A stretch of 64,000 bases of DNA from an uncultured Gammaproteobacteria bacterium (GTDB taxonomy: Bacteria > Patescibacteriota > Patescibacteriia > Magasanikbacterales > GWA2-37-8). The stretch covers positions 64,684 through 128,683 of the forward strand of contig CAZEDL010000001.1 in the NCBI GenBank assembly GCA_964510885.1, in the 5' to 3' direction. Of this stretch, positions 1 to 8,027 are shown piece after piece. Both the position numbers and the translations under genes were made by a program. Numbering within the stretch: position 1 is the first letter of the stretch; each line of letters opens with the position of its first letter. Under the pieces are notes generated by a model. It saw only the letters and a list, made by a program, of their open reading frames with translations. It did not search any database and was not told where the DNA came from.

Positions 1-251
1 AGTAATTTAATTACTTGCTTTGTTTTTAAGTACCTTATTTGGTCTAAAATATTAATAGACTTTATCAATAAATCTTCATGAGATTTTCCATTCATTTTTC
101 CAAATCCCTTTATACGGTAAACTCTGGTTTTAATTATCTTTTTTTTCTTTATAATTGATTCAACTATTTTAATAACCTTGTCTGGAGTAATGTGGGCGAA
201 CGCCTCAACAAGCTCAAGGTTATTAAAAATATCATCGTTATTTTTTTGCAT
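1..251 (-). CDS. Hypothetical protein, N-terminal part only (runs off the window); may be the frameshifted continuation of 238..1218
   Basis: Read by hand: ATG at 251, MQKNNDDIFNNLELVEAFAHITPDKVIKIVESII..., open to position 1; overlaps the upstream stop by 14 nt. Confidence 0.6.
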   Translation of the reverse strand, partial: MQKNNDDIFNNLELVEAFAHITPDKVIKIVESIIKKKKIIKTRVYRIKGFGKMNGKSHEDLLIKSINILDQIRYLKTKQVIKL

Positions 252-1218
252 AGCTGATTAGTTTATCTGCCTGTCTATTAATGAAATCAAAAACAACGGG
301 GTGTCGAATGTCTGACAAATTTTTATAAATCTGTAGCTTCTGCTTATGATCAATAAATAGGCTAAATAGCTTGTCTAAATCAATTTTATTTATAGCTTCG
401 TATACAAGTAATTGGCCCACATCTCTTTTTATCTCATCCTGGGCTGACTTAAAAATATAAATATCTTTATTTTTATAAATTAATTCTTGTTTGTGCAGAC
501 TTAACAAAATATCACTCATTTGCCCTCCTGTAACTTTAAGCATTCTTGCAATTGCGCGGTATTCGACTTTTGTTACTCTGCCGACCAAATATATAATACT
601 AGCTACAAGCAGTATCTTATCTTTTAAATCTATGGCTATATTTAAAATTTCTTTAGGGAGATCTAAAAACTCATTTTTCTTTGCTAAATTTTTTATATGA
701 ACATAAAATTGTTCTACCAAATCACTATCGCCACGCTTTAGAAGTTCAAGATTGGGAATGCGAACATTTCTACTATCTTGTTTATTTGTTTTATTTAGTA
801 TCTCAATATTAATATTGCTAAAGTGATACCAATATATTTCAGGAGTACTTTGTTTCTTCGTCACCTCATTTATATTGGCAACAACAAATAAAATTGTTGG
901 CAAGTTTATTTCTTTACAAAAATCAATGAATTTGCGAGAACTTGTATAAGTTCCATCTATAATTTTTTGCTCAGTTCCTTTTAATTGAAAAAATACCACA
1001 TTGTTTAAGTAGTCCCCGTGCATGCTAGCCGCTGCTTTTCTCAGCCTTAAAAAACCATCAGTATCAGGTGTATTATCCTTTATGCCGTGAAATTGCAGAT
1101 CAAATTGATCGCCATGTTTATTCATGAAGTAGTCACTTATAATAGAAACCGCTTTTTCATCCAATCGATTCTGCTTATTATATTTAGTCATAGTGATTCT
1201 ATAATTTTTCACCCCCAC
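238..1218 (-). CDS. DUF4365-like PD-(D/E)XK nuclease-domain protein with a C-terminal winged-helix-like region (probable start ATG 1191)
   Basis: PDTDGFL...VFFQLKGT catalytic pattern, followed by NLPTILFVV and EIYWY, typical of DUF4365. Confidence 0.6.
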   Translation of the reverse strand: MGVKNYRITMTKYNKQNRLDEKAVSIISDYFMNKHGDQFDLQFHGIKDNTPDTDGFLRLRKAAASMHGDYLNNVVFFQLKGTEQKIIDGTYTSSRKFIDFCKEINLPTILFVVANINEVTKKQSTPEIYWYHFSNINIEILNKTNKQDSRNVRIPNLELLKRGDSDLVEQFYVHIKNLAKKNEFLDLPKEILNIAIDLKDKILLVASIIYLVGRVTKVEYRAIARMLKVTGGQMSDILLSLHKQELIYKNKDIYIFKSAQDEIKRDVGQLLVYEAINKIDLDKLFSLFIDHKQKLQIYKNLSDIRHPVVFDFINRQADKLISYAKK

Positions 1219-1238
1219 CCCCCTCGCTTGATATAAAT

Positions 1239-1265
1239 AAAAATGCCTCTGATCAAGGCATTTTT
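1239..1265 (-). terminator. Hairpin terminator after terS
   Basis: AAAAATGCCT / AGGCATTTTT inverted repeat with a T-rich tail on the minus strand. Confidence 0.55.
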
Positions 1266-1722
1266 AGTCACTTAAAATTTCAGCTTCACTTCCTGCAAGC
1301 TCTCCTTCAATATAACCAGAATCATTGGTCTGGTTTACTCGTCGTAGTATCTCAGCCATTGTAAAGCGGTGATTATGATCAATTTCGCTCTTATCTTTCC
1401 AGCCAAAGTTGTTCTTGGCGATAAAAATAGCCCCAATCGGCGGCCGGCCGGACAACAAATAAGTCTCTAGCCAACTTTCCGCATAACTTCTCGCTCTTTT
1501 TATCGTGGGAAGAAATTCGTCGCGTTCGGCATAATCAACTAGGGTCCTGCGACTACAGCCTAGCATTACCGCTAGGCCAGACATAGTAAAGGGTTGTTTA
1601 TTTGCTTCGCAATGAGCCTTATAAGCTTCGATTCTAGCTTCTAGCTCTTCTGGAGAGTTCCAGAGCCTGGGACGCCTGCTAGAGACCTTTTGGAGTTGTT
1701 TTTCGTAAGCAGGAAGTGCCAT
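1264..1722 (-). CDS. Terminase small subunit (P22 gp3-like DNA-packaging protein)
   Basis: SPEELEARIEAY, FTMSGLAVMLGCSRRTLVDY HTH, and GAIFIAKNNFGWKDKSEI motif. Confidence 0.85.
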   Translation of the reverse strand: MALPAYEKQLQKVSSRRPRLWNSPEELEARIEAYKAHCEANKQPFTMSGLAVMLGCSRRTLVDYAERDEFLPTIKRARSYAESWLETYLLSGRPPIGAIFIAKNNFGWKDKSEIDHNHRFTMAEILRRVNQTNDSGYIEGELAGSEAEILSD

Positions 1723-1783
1723 ATAAGTAAGGAAAGGTTATTTTCCTTAATTTTAGCACTTTTTTGGCTTAACTACAATCTTT

Positions 1784-2041
1784 TTATTCACTTTTAAGTC
1801 CTTTTTTGACGAGACAGTTGTTAAAAGTAGATTTGTTATAGTTTAGTACGTTTTTATTTTCAGTTATTGCTTCAGTTTGAGCCATTCTACCAACAGGGGC
1901 AATATATGCAGCCTCAGCCTGTTTATAACAATTTTTAATAATAAATGAGGGACGAACGCTATACCAAAAGAAAAATACACCTAGAATTAACAAAGAGCTT
2001 AAGATGATAACAACAAATTTATTCTCAAAAAATTTAGCCAT
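1784..2041 (-). CDS. Small single-pass membrane protein
   Basis: N-terminal hydrophobic helix; two Cys (NCYK...NCLVKKGL). Confidence 0.65.
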   Translation of the reverse strand: MAKFFENKFVVIILSSLLILGVFFFWYSVRPSFIIKNCYKQAEAAYIAPVGRMAQTEAITENKNVLNYNKSTFNNCLVKKGLKSE

Positions 2042-2060
2042 AAGTTAAAAAATAAATAAA

Positions 2061-2197
2061 AACGGACGCCCGACCTGCGAAACAACAATTGGCGTCCGAA
2101 GATGCCTTTTGTGTTGGTCGGAACGTCCGTTCCAGTACACAAAAAGGCAAAGGGTTTTTTACCCAAATCTTCGGACAAAGTTTGTTGTTTCGCGGCG
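2061..2197 (-). ncRNA. Candidate structured (pseudoknotted) leader RNA
   Basis: Nested helices 2077-2088/2182-2193, 2094-2103/2167-2176 and 2103-2114/2137-2149; loop 2116-2131 is complementary to 2061-2075. Confidence 0.6.
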
Positions 2198-2199
2198 TT

Positions 2200-2229
2200 A
2201 TGGTACCTCTAAATATAATAAGAAGTCAA
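2200..2229 (-). promoter_or_regulatory. Sigma70-type promoter of the leftward arm
   Basis: TTGACT-18 nt-TACCAT directly upstream of the structured RNA. Confidence 0.5.
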
Positions 2230-2297
2230 ATAAGATGGTCAGATTTAGGCTAACTTTAAAGTAATACATAAGGTGTGGATAATACATGAAAATTCTG

Positions 2298-2326
2298 TTG
2301 ATGCAGTATTTATAAAATGTTAATAT
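2298..2326 (+). promoter_or_regulatory. Possible sigma70-type promoter of the rightward (replication) arm
   Basis: TTGATG-17 nt-TAATAT; a consensus DnaA-box 9-mer TGTGGATAA lies at 2274-2282. Confidence 0.35.
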
Positions 2327-2431
2327 TATTTATAGCTGAACGACAGAATTAGAAAAAAATCAGAAAATTAACAGTGGATAAGCACCACTTGTAAAAAAAA
2401 TTCTTAATCTTCGAGGCTAGGCAACCTCAGC

Positions 2432-2469
2432 AAAAAAGCCAGATTTCGACTATTCGAGTCTGGCTTTTT
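2432..2469 (+). terminator. Terminator-like hairpin upstream of the replication operon
   Basis: AAAAAAGCCAGATTTCGA-CTAT-TCGAGTCTGGCTTTTT. Confidence 0.55.
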
Positions 2470-2520
2470 ATTTATATCTAAAAGCGTGTAAAAAGTTAGA
2501 CTCTAAAAGTCGAACCAATT

Positions 2521-2603
2521 TACGTGCTTGAAAATAAAACTCGTCTTTCACGAGGTAGATCGGATTCAAGCACGTATCTACTTAATTAAGAAAGACGAGT
2601 TTT
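2521..2603 (+). ncRNA. Second candidate pseudoknotted RNA element
   Basis: A perfect 14-bp helix 2536-2549/2590-2603 and a perfect 12-bp helix 2521-2532/2565-2576 cross each other. Confidence 0.45.
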
Positions 2604-2635
2604 GTGTTTTTATCAAGAATAGTTAGTCCGGATTT

Positions 2636-2785
2636 ATGGTTAGTTCCCAGCAAATACAGGAACTGCAGGTAATTCTCAAGGAAGAATATGGCAAAGATAT
2701 TACCTTGGATCAGGTGTCGTTATTAGCGAACGGCTTAGTTAATTATTTCGATTTATTAGCAAAAATTTATCATCGTACTCAATAA
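2636..2785 (+). CDS. 49-aa helical protein missing from the ORF track
   Basis: Read by hand: MVSSQQIQELQVILKEEYGKDITLDQVSLLANGLVNYFDLLAKIYHRTQ; ends 9 nt before the next ORF. Confidence 0.65.
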   Translation: MVSSQQIQELQVILKEEYGKDITLDQVSLLANGLVNYFDLLAKIYHRTQ

Positions 2786-2794
2786 ATTATATAT

Positions 2795-3016
2795 ATGCCA
2801 ATTTATTTAACTTGTCCTAAATGCAATTTGTTAATTGAACCAATAGTGATTATTCGTTTTATGAAAAATAAAAATTACACAGAAAAGCAAGATATAAAAT
2901 TTAAGTTTTGTTTGAAGGCTATTTGTTCCGAGTGTAGAGATTATATAAAATTTCTTCCTCATACAGATGAAAACATTAATTTATTTGATAATTCAGAACT
3001 CATATGGAAGAAATAA
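2795..3016 (+). CDS. Small zinc-ribbon protein
   Basis: CPKC and CSEC pairs; overlaps the primase start. Confidence 0.6.
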   Translation: MPIYLTCPKCNLLIEPIVIIRFMKNKNYTEKQDIKFKFCLKAICSECRDYIKFLPHTDENINLFDNSELIWKK

Positions 3017-4767
3017 AAAAAGCCGCTTTACGATATTTGGAATTGGGTTTGTCTGTTATACCGCTTAAGCCAAAATCAAAAAATCCTTACATCTCTTCAT
3101 GGAAAGAATTTCAAAATAGACGTGCTAGTTTAGATGAAATTCAAAAATGGTGGGAGCAGCCAGATCTCAATATTGGTATAATTTGTGGACAGGTATCAAA
3201 TATAGTGGTGGTTGATATTGATAAAAATGATCCAGAAATTATTAAATCTTTGAAATTACCTCCTACTTTTATAGTAAAAACTGGTCGTGGTTTTCATTAT
3301 TATTATAGATATCCGACAGGTCTAAAAATTCCTGTAATTAAATGTTATTGGGGTGAGATTCGGGGCAATGGAGGTTATGTAGTCGGATCTCCTTCTATTC
3401 ATGTAAACGGTCAGATATACGAAGCTATATCAGATCTTTCAAGTATTGATGAGCTACCTGTGCTACCTGCTGAGTTACTTAAACGTTTTGGTGAAATGTC
3501 CAAAGGAAATAAATACGAACAGATCGTTCAAGGTGTTGCAGAAGGCGGAAGAAATAATGCTGCCGCTAGTTATATAGGTACAATTATAAATAAGATAGAT
3601 AAAGACAGGTGGGAAACAACAGCCTGGAATCTTGTGCTTTTTTGGAATTCTAAAAATATACCGCCTTTAGAAACGGCAGAACTAAGACGTACATTTGAAA
3701 GTATATGTTCGAGAGAAGTGGGTAAGCGAGAAAGCGTTCCTGGTTTTGCTGAAGATAAACCAATAAAACATTCAAACTTTACTATCACGAAATGTAGTGA
3801 AATGTTAACAAAAGAAGTCGAAAAATTTCCCTATATTATTGATCGGATCGTTCCCGAGCATGCAATTACTGCTATTACCGCTGATACCGGTAAGGGGAAG
3901 AGTTTGTTCGCGCTATTTTTGGCTAAAGCGGTCGCTGCGGGAGAAAAATTATTTGGTGAGTTTGAAGTTAAAAAAAATAAAGTCTTATTTATTGACCAGG
4001 AAATGGATGGGGATTTAATCATAGGACGTTTCAAATCAATAATCACCGAGAATATCGATATCGATTATATTTATGAACAATTTTGGACTATCAATAACGA
4101 AGAAGACTATGAATGGCTAAAGAATGAAATTATTTCTCAAAAGTACGGGTTAATTATTTTTGATACCCTAACGACCATACACACTCTCGAAGAGAACAGT
4201 GCTGATGATATGAAAAAACTTAATAAATTATTCCTACGTCTTATCAAAGAAACGGGCACTACTATAATTTATTTACATCATCATCGTAAACAGCAAAGTG
4301 GAGAAGCTCGAAATGGGTCATTATCCCGTGGATCAACTGAAATTACTGCTAAAGTGGCTAGTCATTTAAGATTGGAATCTAAAAGAGAGGGCGGGTTCTT
4401 AGAAGAAAAGATGATATTAAATATGACCTTAACACAGGAAAAAGCCAGAAGACCAGAAAGCATCTCGACGATTGGAATAAAGGTTACCCATGATAAAAAA
4501 AGTAAGATTACCACCTATGACTATCAGGGGATGGTTGAAGAGAATTTTGGACAAATAGAACAGGCCAAGAATTTAATTATCAAGGAACTTGAAGAAGATT
4601 ATCCTGAATTAACTGTTAGACAAGTTAAAGAGCACTCAGATATAGGATTAAACAGCATAAGAATAGCATTCAAGGAGCTTGTGAGGAAAGGTGTTTTAGA
4701 CTCTCGCAAGGCTGAGCATAATACATGCTATTATTTTTTGCGACCCCAACAGGTAACCACTCTTTAG
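3004..4767 (+). CDS. Bifunctional primase/polymerase (Prim-Pol + PriCT-1) fused to a RecA-like AAA helicase
   Basis: NIGI, VVDID, TGRGFHYYY, GGYVVGSPS; EGGRNNA (PriCT-1); Walker A ADTGKGKS; Walker B IIFDT; HHHRK and SRGS motifs. Confidence 0.9.
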   Translation: MEEIKKAALRYLELGLSVIPLKPKSKNPYISSWKEFQNRRASLDEIQKWWEQPDLNIGIICGQVSNIVVVDIDKNDPEIIKSLKLPPTFIVKTGRGFHYYYRYPTGLKIPVIKCYWGEIRGNGGYVVGSPSIHVNGQIYEAISDLSSIDELPVLPAELLKRFGEMSKGNKYEQIVQGVAEGGRNNAAASYIGTIINKIDKDRWETTAWNLVLFWNSKNIPPLETAELRRTFESICSREVGKRESVPGFAEDKPIKHSNFTITKCSEMLTKEVEKFPYIIDRIVPEHAITAITADTGKGKSLFALFLAKAVAAGEKLFGEFEVKKNKVLFIDQEMDGDLIIGRFKSIITENIDIDYIYEQFWTINNEEDYEWLKNEIISQKYGLIIFDTLTTIHTLEENSADDMKKLNKLFLRLIKETGTTIIYLHHHRKQQSGEARNGSLSRGSTEITAKVASHLRLESKREGGFLEEKMILNMTLTQEKARRPESISTIGIKVTHDKKSKITTYDYQGMVEENFGQIEQAKNLIIKELEEDYPELTVRQVKEHSDIGLNSIRIAFKELVRKGVLDSRKAEHNTCYYFLRPQQVTTL

Positions 4768-4887
4768 TTTAGTAGTTTGTTTGTTAGTATATAAACTATT
4801 AATAAACCAATAAGCACATTCTTTAGACTTGTAAGAAGAGTCTAAAGATGGTCTGCATTTTCCCCTTAATCAATAAACTACTAAACT
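4766..4887. repeat. Nested inverted repeats, candidate replication origin of the element
   Basis: 13-bp arms 4766-4778/4875-4887 enclose 10-bp arms 4820-4829/4839-4848, followed by a very AT-rich tract. Confidence 0.45.
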
Positions 4888-5016
4888 GTAAAGATGTTTT
4901 TTATCTTAGATTAGCCAAGAATGTATTTATTAAAAAATCTTAATAACCTAAAAATAAACTAATACTCTTTTTACTTAAGAACTAAGCTAGACTATAATAG
5001 TTAAAAATAAATTCAT

Positions 5017-6606
5017 ATGGAAAATAAACCGCTACAGTGTATTATCTACGCTCGCGTATCCTCTAAAGAACAAGAGGAAACAGGGTACTCTCTGGATGCA
5101 CAGGAGAATTTATTAGCTACCTATGCTCAAAAGCAGGGATATAAGGTGGCAAAAACTTTCAAAATTACTGAATCGGCGAGTGGGAAACAGATCAGAAAAA
5201 TGTTTAACGACATGATGATTTATACGACAAAGCATTCAGTGCCCATCATCTTGTGTGAGAAAATCGATCGTCTTACCAGAAATCTAAAGGATGCAGCATT
5301 AATTAGTGATTGGCTAAACGAAGATGAGCGACGAGAAGTTCATTTTGTAAAAGAGTCGTTTGTAGTCAATAAAAACACCCGAGCCCATGAGAACCTGGTG
5401 TGGGATATGAAGGTAGCGATAGCTAGATTTTATACTAATAACCTTTCCGAAGAGGTTAAAAAGGGTCAAAAAGAGAAAATATCTCAAGGCGGCTATCCAT
5501 GTATGCCGCCCCTTGGTTACAAGACTATTGGAGAAAAAGGACATAAAATTTGCGTACCCGATGAAACAAAAGCTCCTCTTATTGCTAAAGCCTTTGAGCT
5601 ATATTCAGCCGGCCAATATTCAATTAATGCTTTGTGCAGGACAATGCACGAAGCTGGTCTTAGAAACCGTAACGGAGCAATGGTAAGCAAAACTCAGATG
5701 CATCGTTATCTAAGCGAGACGTTCTACTGTGGCCATTTCTATTGGAATGGAAAAATGTATAAAGGCACTCATACGCCCATAATCTCCCAAGAGCTCTATA
5801 ATTTAGTTCAACATAAACTAGTTCGCTCTTCTTCTAATCCTCAGTATAAGAAGCATTTAACAGTGTTTAAAGCGGCTATAAAGTGCGGTGAATGCGGGGG
5901 AGTTATAACTTGGGAACTTCAGAAGCAACATTGGTACGGCCATTGTAATCATTATAGGAAGTGCAGCCAAAAGAGTTACCTGCGTCAAGAAGAAGTAGAA
6001 AAACAGCTATTCCCTTATTTTGATAAAATTGCACCAAAAAATGACCGCATACTGCAATGGCTTGACGAAGCCTTAAAGGAGCATCATGGGGAAGAGATTA
6101 AACTTACTACCACAAAAAGAAGCCAATTAAATGCTCAATTTGAGCGTATTCAAAAAAGATTAGAAGCCATGTATCTTGATAAGCTCGACGGTCGGATCAC
6201 TATGGAATTTTATGACACTAAATTTAAAGAATTTACGGAAGAGAAAGAAGTCATACTTAGCGAACTCCAAAAATTAAATAACGATAACAATCTGTACTAC
6301 GAAGCTGGTTATGCCATCCATCTTTTAGCCAGTAAAGCGAAAGAAATTTATCAAAGTGAAAAGGCTACAGTTGAGGAGAAAAGATTATTACTGAGTTACG
6401 TATTTTCGAACCAAACACTAAAAGATCGAACCTTAGCCGTAAATTACACTCCAGCATTTGAATTTCTCGCAAAATGGGTACCACTCCTCAATCGTAGTTT
6501 CGAACCATCAAAAAAGAGCTTAGATAAAATGAAAACAGAGGCTTTTGCCTCTGCTCGTTCGGTTGTGCTCCGGGGGTGGGATTCGAACCCACGACCAATT
6601 GGTTAA
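5017..6606 (+). CDS. Large serine recombinase (integrase)
   Basis: YARVSS catalytic motif, EKIDRLTRN, PLGY recombinase domain, CGECG...CNHYRKC zinc ribbon and coiled coil. Confidence 0.95.
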   Translation: MENKPLQCIIYARVSSKEQEETGYSLDAQENLLATYAQKQGYKVAKTFKITESASGKQIRKMFNDMMIYTTKHSVPIILCEKIDRLTRNLKDAALISDWLNEDERREVHFVKESFVVNKNTRAHENLVWDMKVAIARFYTNNLSEEVKKGQKEKISQGGYPCMPPLGYKTIGEKGHKICVPDETKAPLIAKAFELYSAGQYSINALCRTMHEAGLRNRNGAMVSKTQMHRYLSETFYCGHFYWNGKMYKGTHTPIISQELYNLVQHKLVRSSSNPQYKKHLTVFKAAIKCGECGGVITWELQKQHWYGHCNHYRKCSQKSYLRQEEVEKQLFPYFDKIAPKNDRILQWLDEALKEHHGEEIKLTTTKRSQLNAQFERIQKRLEAMYLDKLDGRITMEFYDTKFKEFTEEKEVILSELQKLNNDNNLYYEAGYAIHLLASKAKEIYQSEKATVEEKRLLLSYVFSNQTLKDRTLAVNYTPAFEFLAKWVPLLNRSFEPSKKSLDKMKTEAFASARSVVLRGWDSNPRPIG

Positions 6607-6639
6607 CAGCCAACTGCGCTACCGCTGCGCTACCCCGGA
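6568..6639 (-). tRNA. tRNA-Asn (GTT), CCA not encoded
   Basis: TCCGGGG/CCCCGGA acceptor stem, anticodon loop CT-GTT-AA, T arm GGTTCGAATCC. Confidence 0.95.
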
Positions 6640-6657
6640 ATATTTTTAAGTAAAAAT

Positions 6658-6686
6658 AGTATAGCCGAAGCCCTAGAGCATGTCAA
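6658..6686 (-). promoter_or_regulatory. Sigma70 promoter of tRNA-Asn
   Basis: TTGACA-17 nt-TATACT. Confidence 0.8.
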
Positions 6687-6736
6687 TATTACTTTTATTA
6701 GAGTTTAGCGTAACTCCGTGATACAGTATCCTACAT

Positions 6737-7240
6737 ATGCTTCGCTTAATTCGTCCCACTCAAAAATACAAAAAAAGTTTCCTCGCTGCCTTTACCCCAG
6801 ATAGCCAATATTTGCACTATGACAAAAAAGCTATCACCGCTGATTTTCCACAGTTCATTAGAGAATTAAAGTGTCGGGCACACGGGAAATATCTCCCGCC
6901 CGGCTACATGCCCGATATGTTCTACTGGCTAGTCGAAGACGACCAATACATCGGCACAGCCACGCTCCGGCCGCGTCTAAATGCCCACTTACGTCGGATT
7001 GGTGGAAATATTGGCTATATGATCGCCCCACGCGCCCGTCGCCAGGGTTATGGCACCCAAATTTTAGCGCTCGCCCTTAAAAAAGCTAACCAACTGGGGC
7101 TTAAAAAAGTTCTAATCACATGTGATGAAACCAACGATCCATCCTATAAAATAATCATTGCCAATGGCGGCAGGTATAAAAACAGAGTGAAGCAAGGCGT
7201 AGGATTGCCAGATAAGTTACGCTTCTACATTACGCTCTAG
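6737..7240 (+). CDS. GNAT family N-acetyltransferase
   Basis: GGNIGYMIAPRARRQGYGT acetyl-CoA motif; LITCDETN. Confidence 0.85.
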   Translation: MLRLIRPTQKYKKSFLAAFTPDSQYLHYDKKAITADFPQFIRELKCRAHGKYLPPGYMPDMFYWLVEDDQYIGTATLRPRLNAHLRRIGGNIGYMIAPRARRQGYGTQILALALKKANQLGLKKVLITCDETNDPSYKIIIANGGRYKNRVKQGVGLPDKLRFYITL

Positions 7241-7265
7241 CCGGCCTTTTGAGGTCGGCTTTTTT
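7240..7265 (+). terminator. Intrinsic terminator
   Basis: GCCGGCC-TTTTGA-GGTCGGC followed by a T run. Confidence 0.6.
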
Positions 7266-7302
7266 GTGCTAATATAGAGCCATTATATTTATAGGCTGCG
7301 CT

Positions 7303-8022
7303 ATGACCAAAGAAGGGCTGCCAGCACCAGAGTACAAACACGTAATAATTCCACCTGAAAGGAAGGAACGATCTGATTTTATCAAACAGAGATGGGAGAT
7401 TTATGCTGTGACTGAGATGTTACCTCCTGATGTCGTCACATTTTTGCAGACGGTAGAAAAACTATTCGCTTCTGGAGTAACCGTGCTACAACTGCGAGAC
7501 AAATTAGCGAACCAAGACATGCTCCGAAACGTGGGAGCGGAATTGTGTAAATTAGCCGAGCGATATGAAGCTTGCCTAATTGTAAATGATGACCCATCTC
7601 TTGCGATTGATGTTCGTGCGGCTGGAGTACACCTCGGACAATCCGATATGCCAGTTGCTGCCGCCCGAAAGCGCTTAGGTAAGGAAGCGGTGATAGGTGT
7701 ATCAGTCCACTCGACTGCCGAAGCGTTTGCTGCGCTTCAGGCCGGCGCTGACTACATAGCTGTAAATGGAGTTTTTCCTTCTGCTAGTAAACAGGTTACG
7801 CCGCTCGGACTCGAGACGGTTTCCGCTATCCGCTCTGCATTCCCAGATGCCCCAATATTAGGCATTGGAGGCATCACCCCGGCCAACGCTCGCCAAGTTA
7901 TTCAAGCCGGAGCCGACGGGATAGCTATGATTTCAGCATTATTTAAGTCAAAGGATATTCCAGCCACCGTTGCTCACCTCCAAACCATTATTCATCAGGC
8001 AAAAAATTCACCATCATTATAA
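7303..8022 (+). CDS. thiE: Thiamine-phosphate synthase
   Basis: LQLRDK, LIVNDD, GVHLGQSD, IGVSVHS, ADYIAV, IGGIT motifs. Confidence 0.9.
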   Translation: MTKEGLPAPEYKHVIIPPERKERSDFIKQRWEIYAVTEMLPPDVVTFLQTVEKLFASGVTVLQLRDKLANQDMLRNVGAELCKLAERYEACLIVNDDPSLAIDVRAAGVHLGQSDMPVAAARKRLGKEAVIGVSVHSTAEAFAALQAGADYIAVNGVFPSASKQVTPLGLETVSAIRSAFPDAPILGIGGITPANARQVIQAGADGIAMISALFKSKDIPATVAHLQTIIHQAKNSPSL

Positions 8023-8027
8023 AATTT

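Larger units (their letters stand above)
1..6606. mobile_element. Integrated element (phage-satellite/PICI-like) at the 3' end of tRNA-Asn; left boundary lies outside the window
   Basis: Markedly AT-rich versus the downstream backbone. Contains a serine integrase abutting the tRNA, a primase-helicase, a terminase small subunit and nuclease cargo. No second tRNA-end copy seen in the window. Confidence 0.85.
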
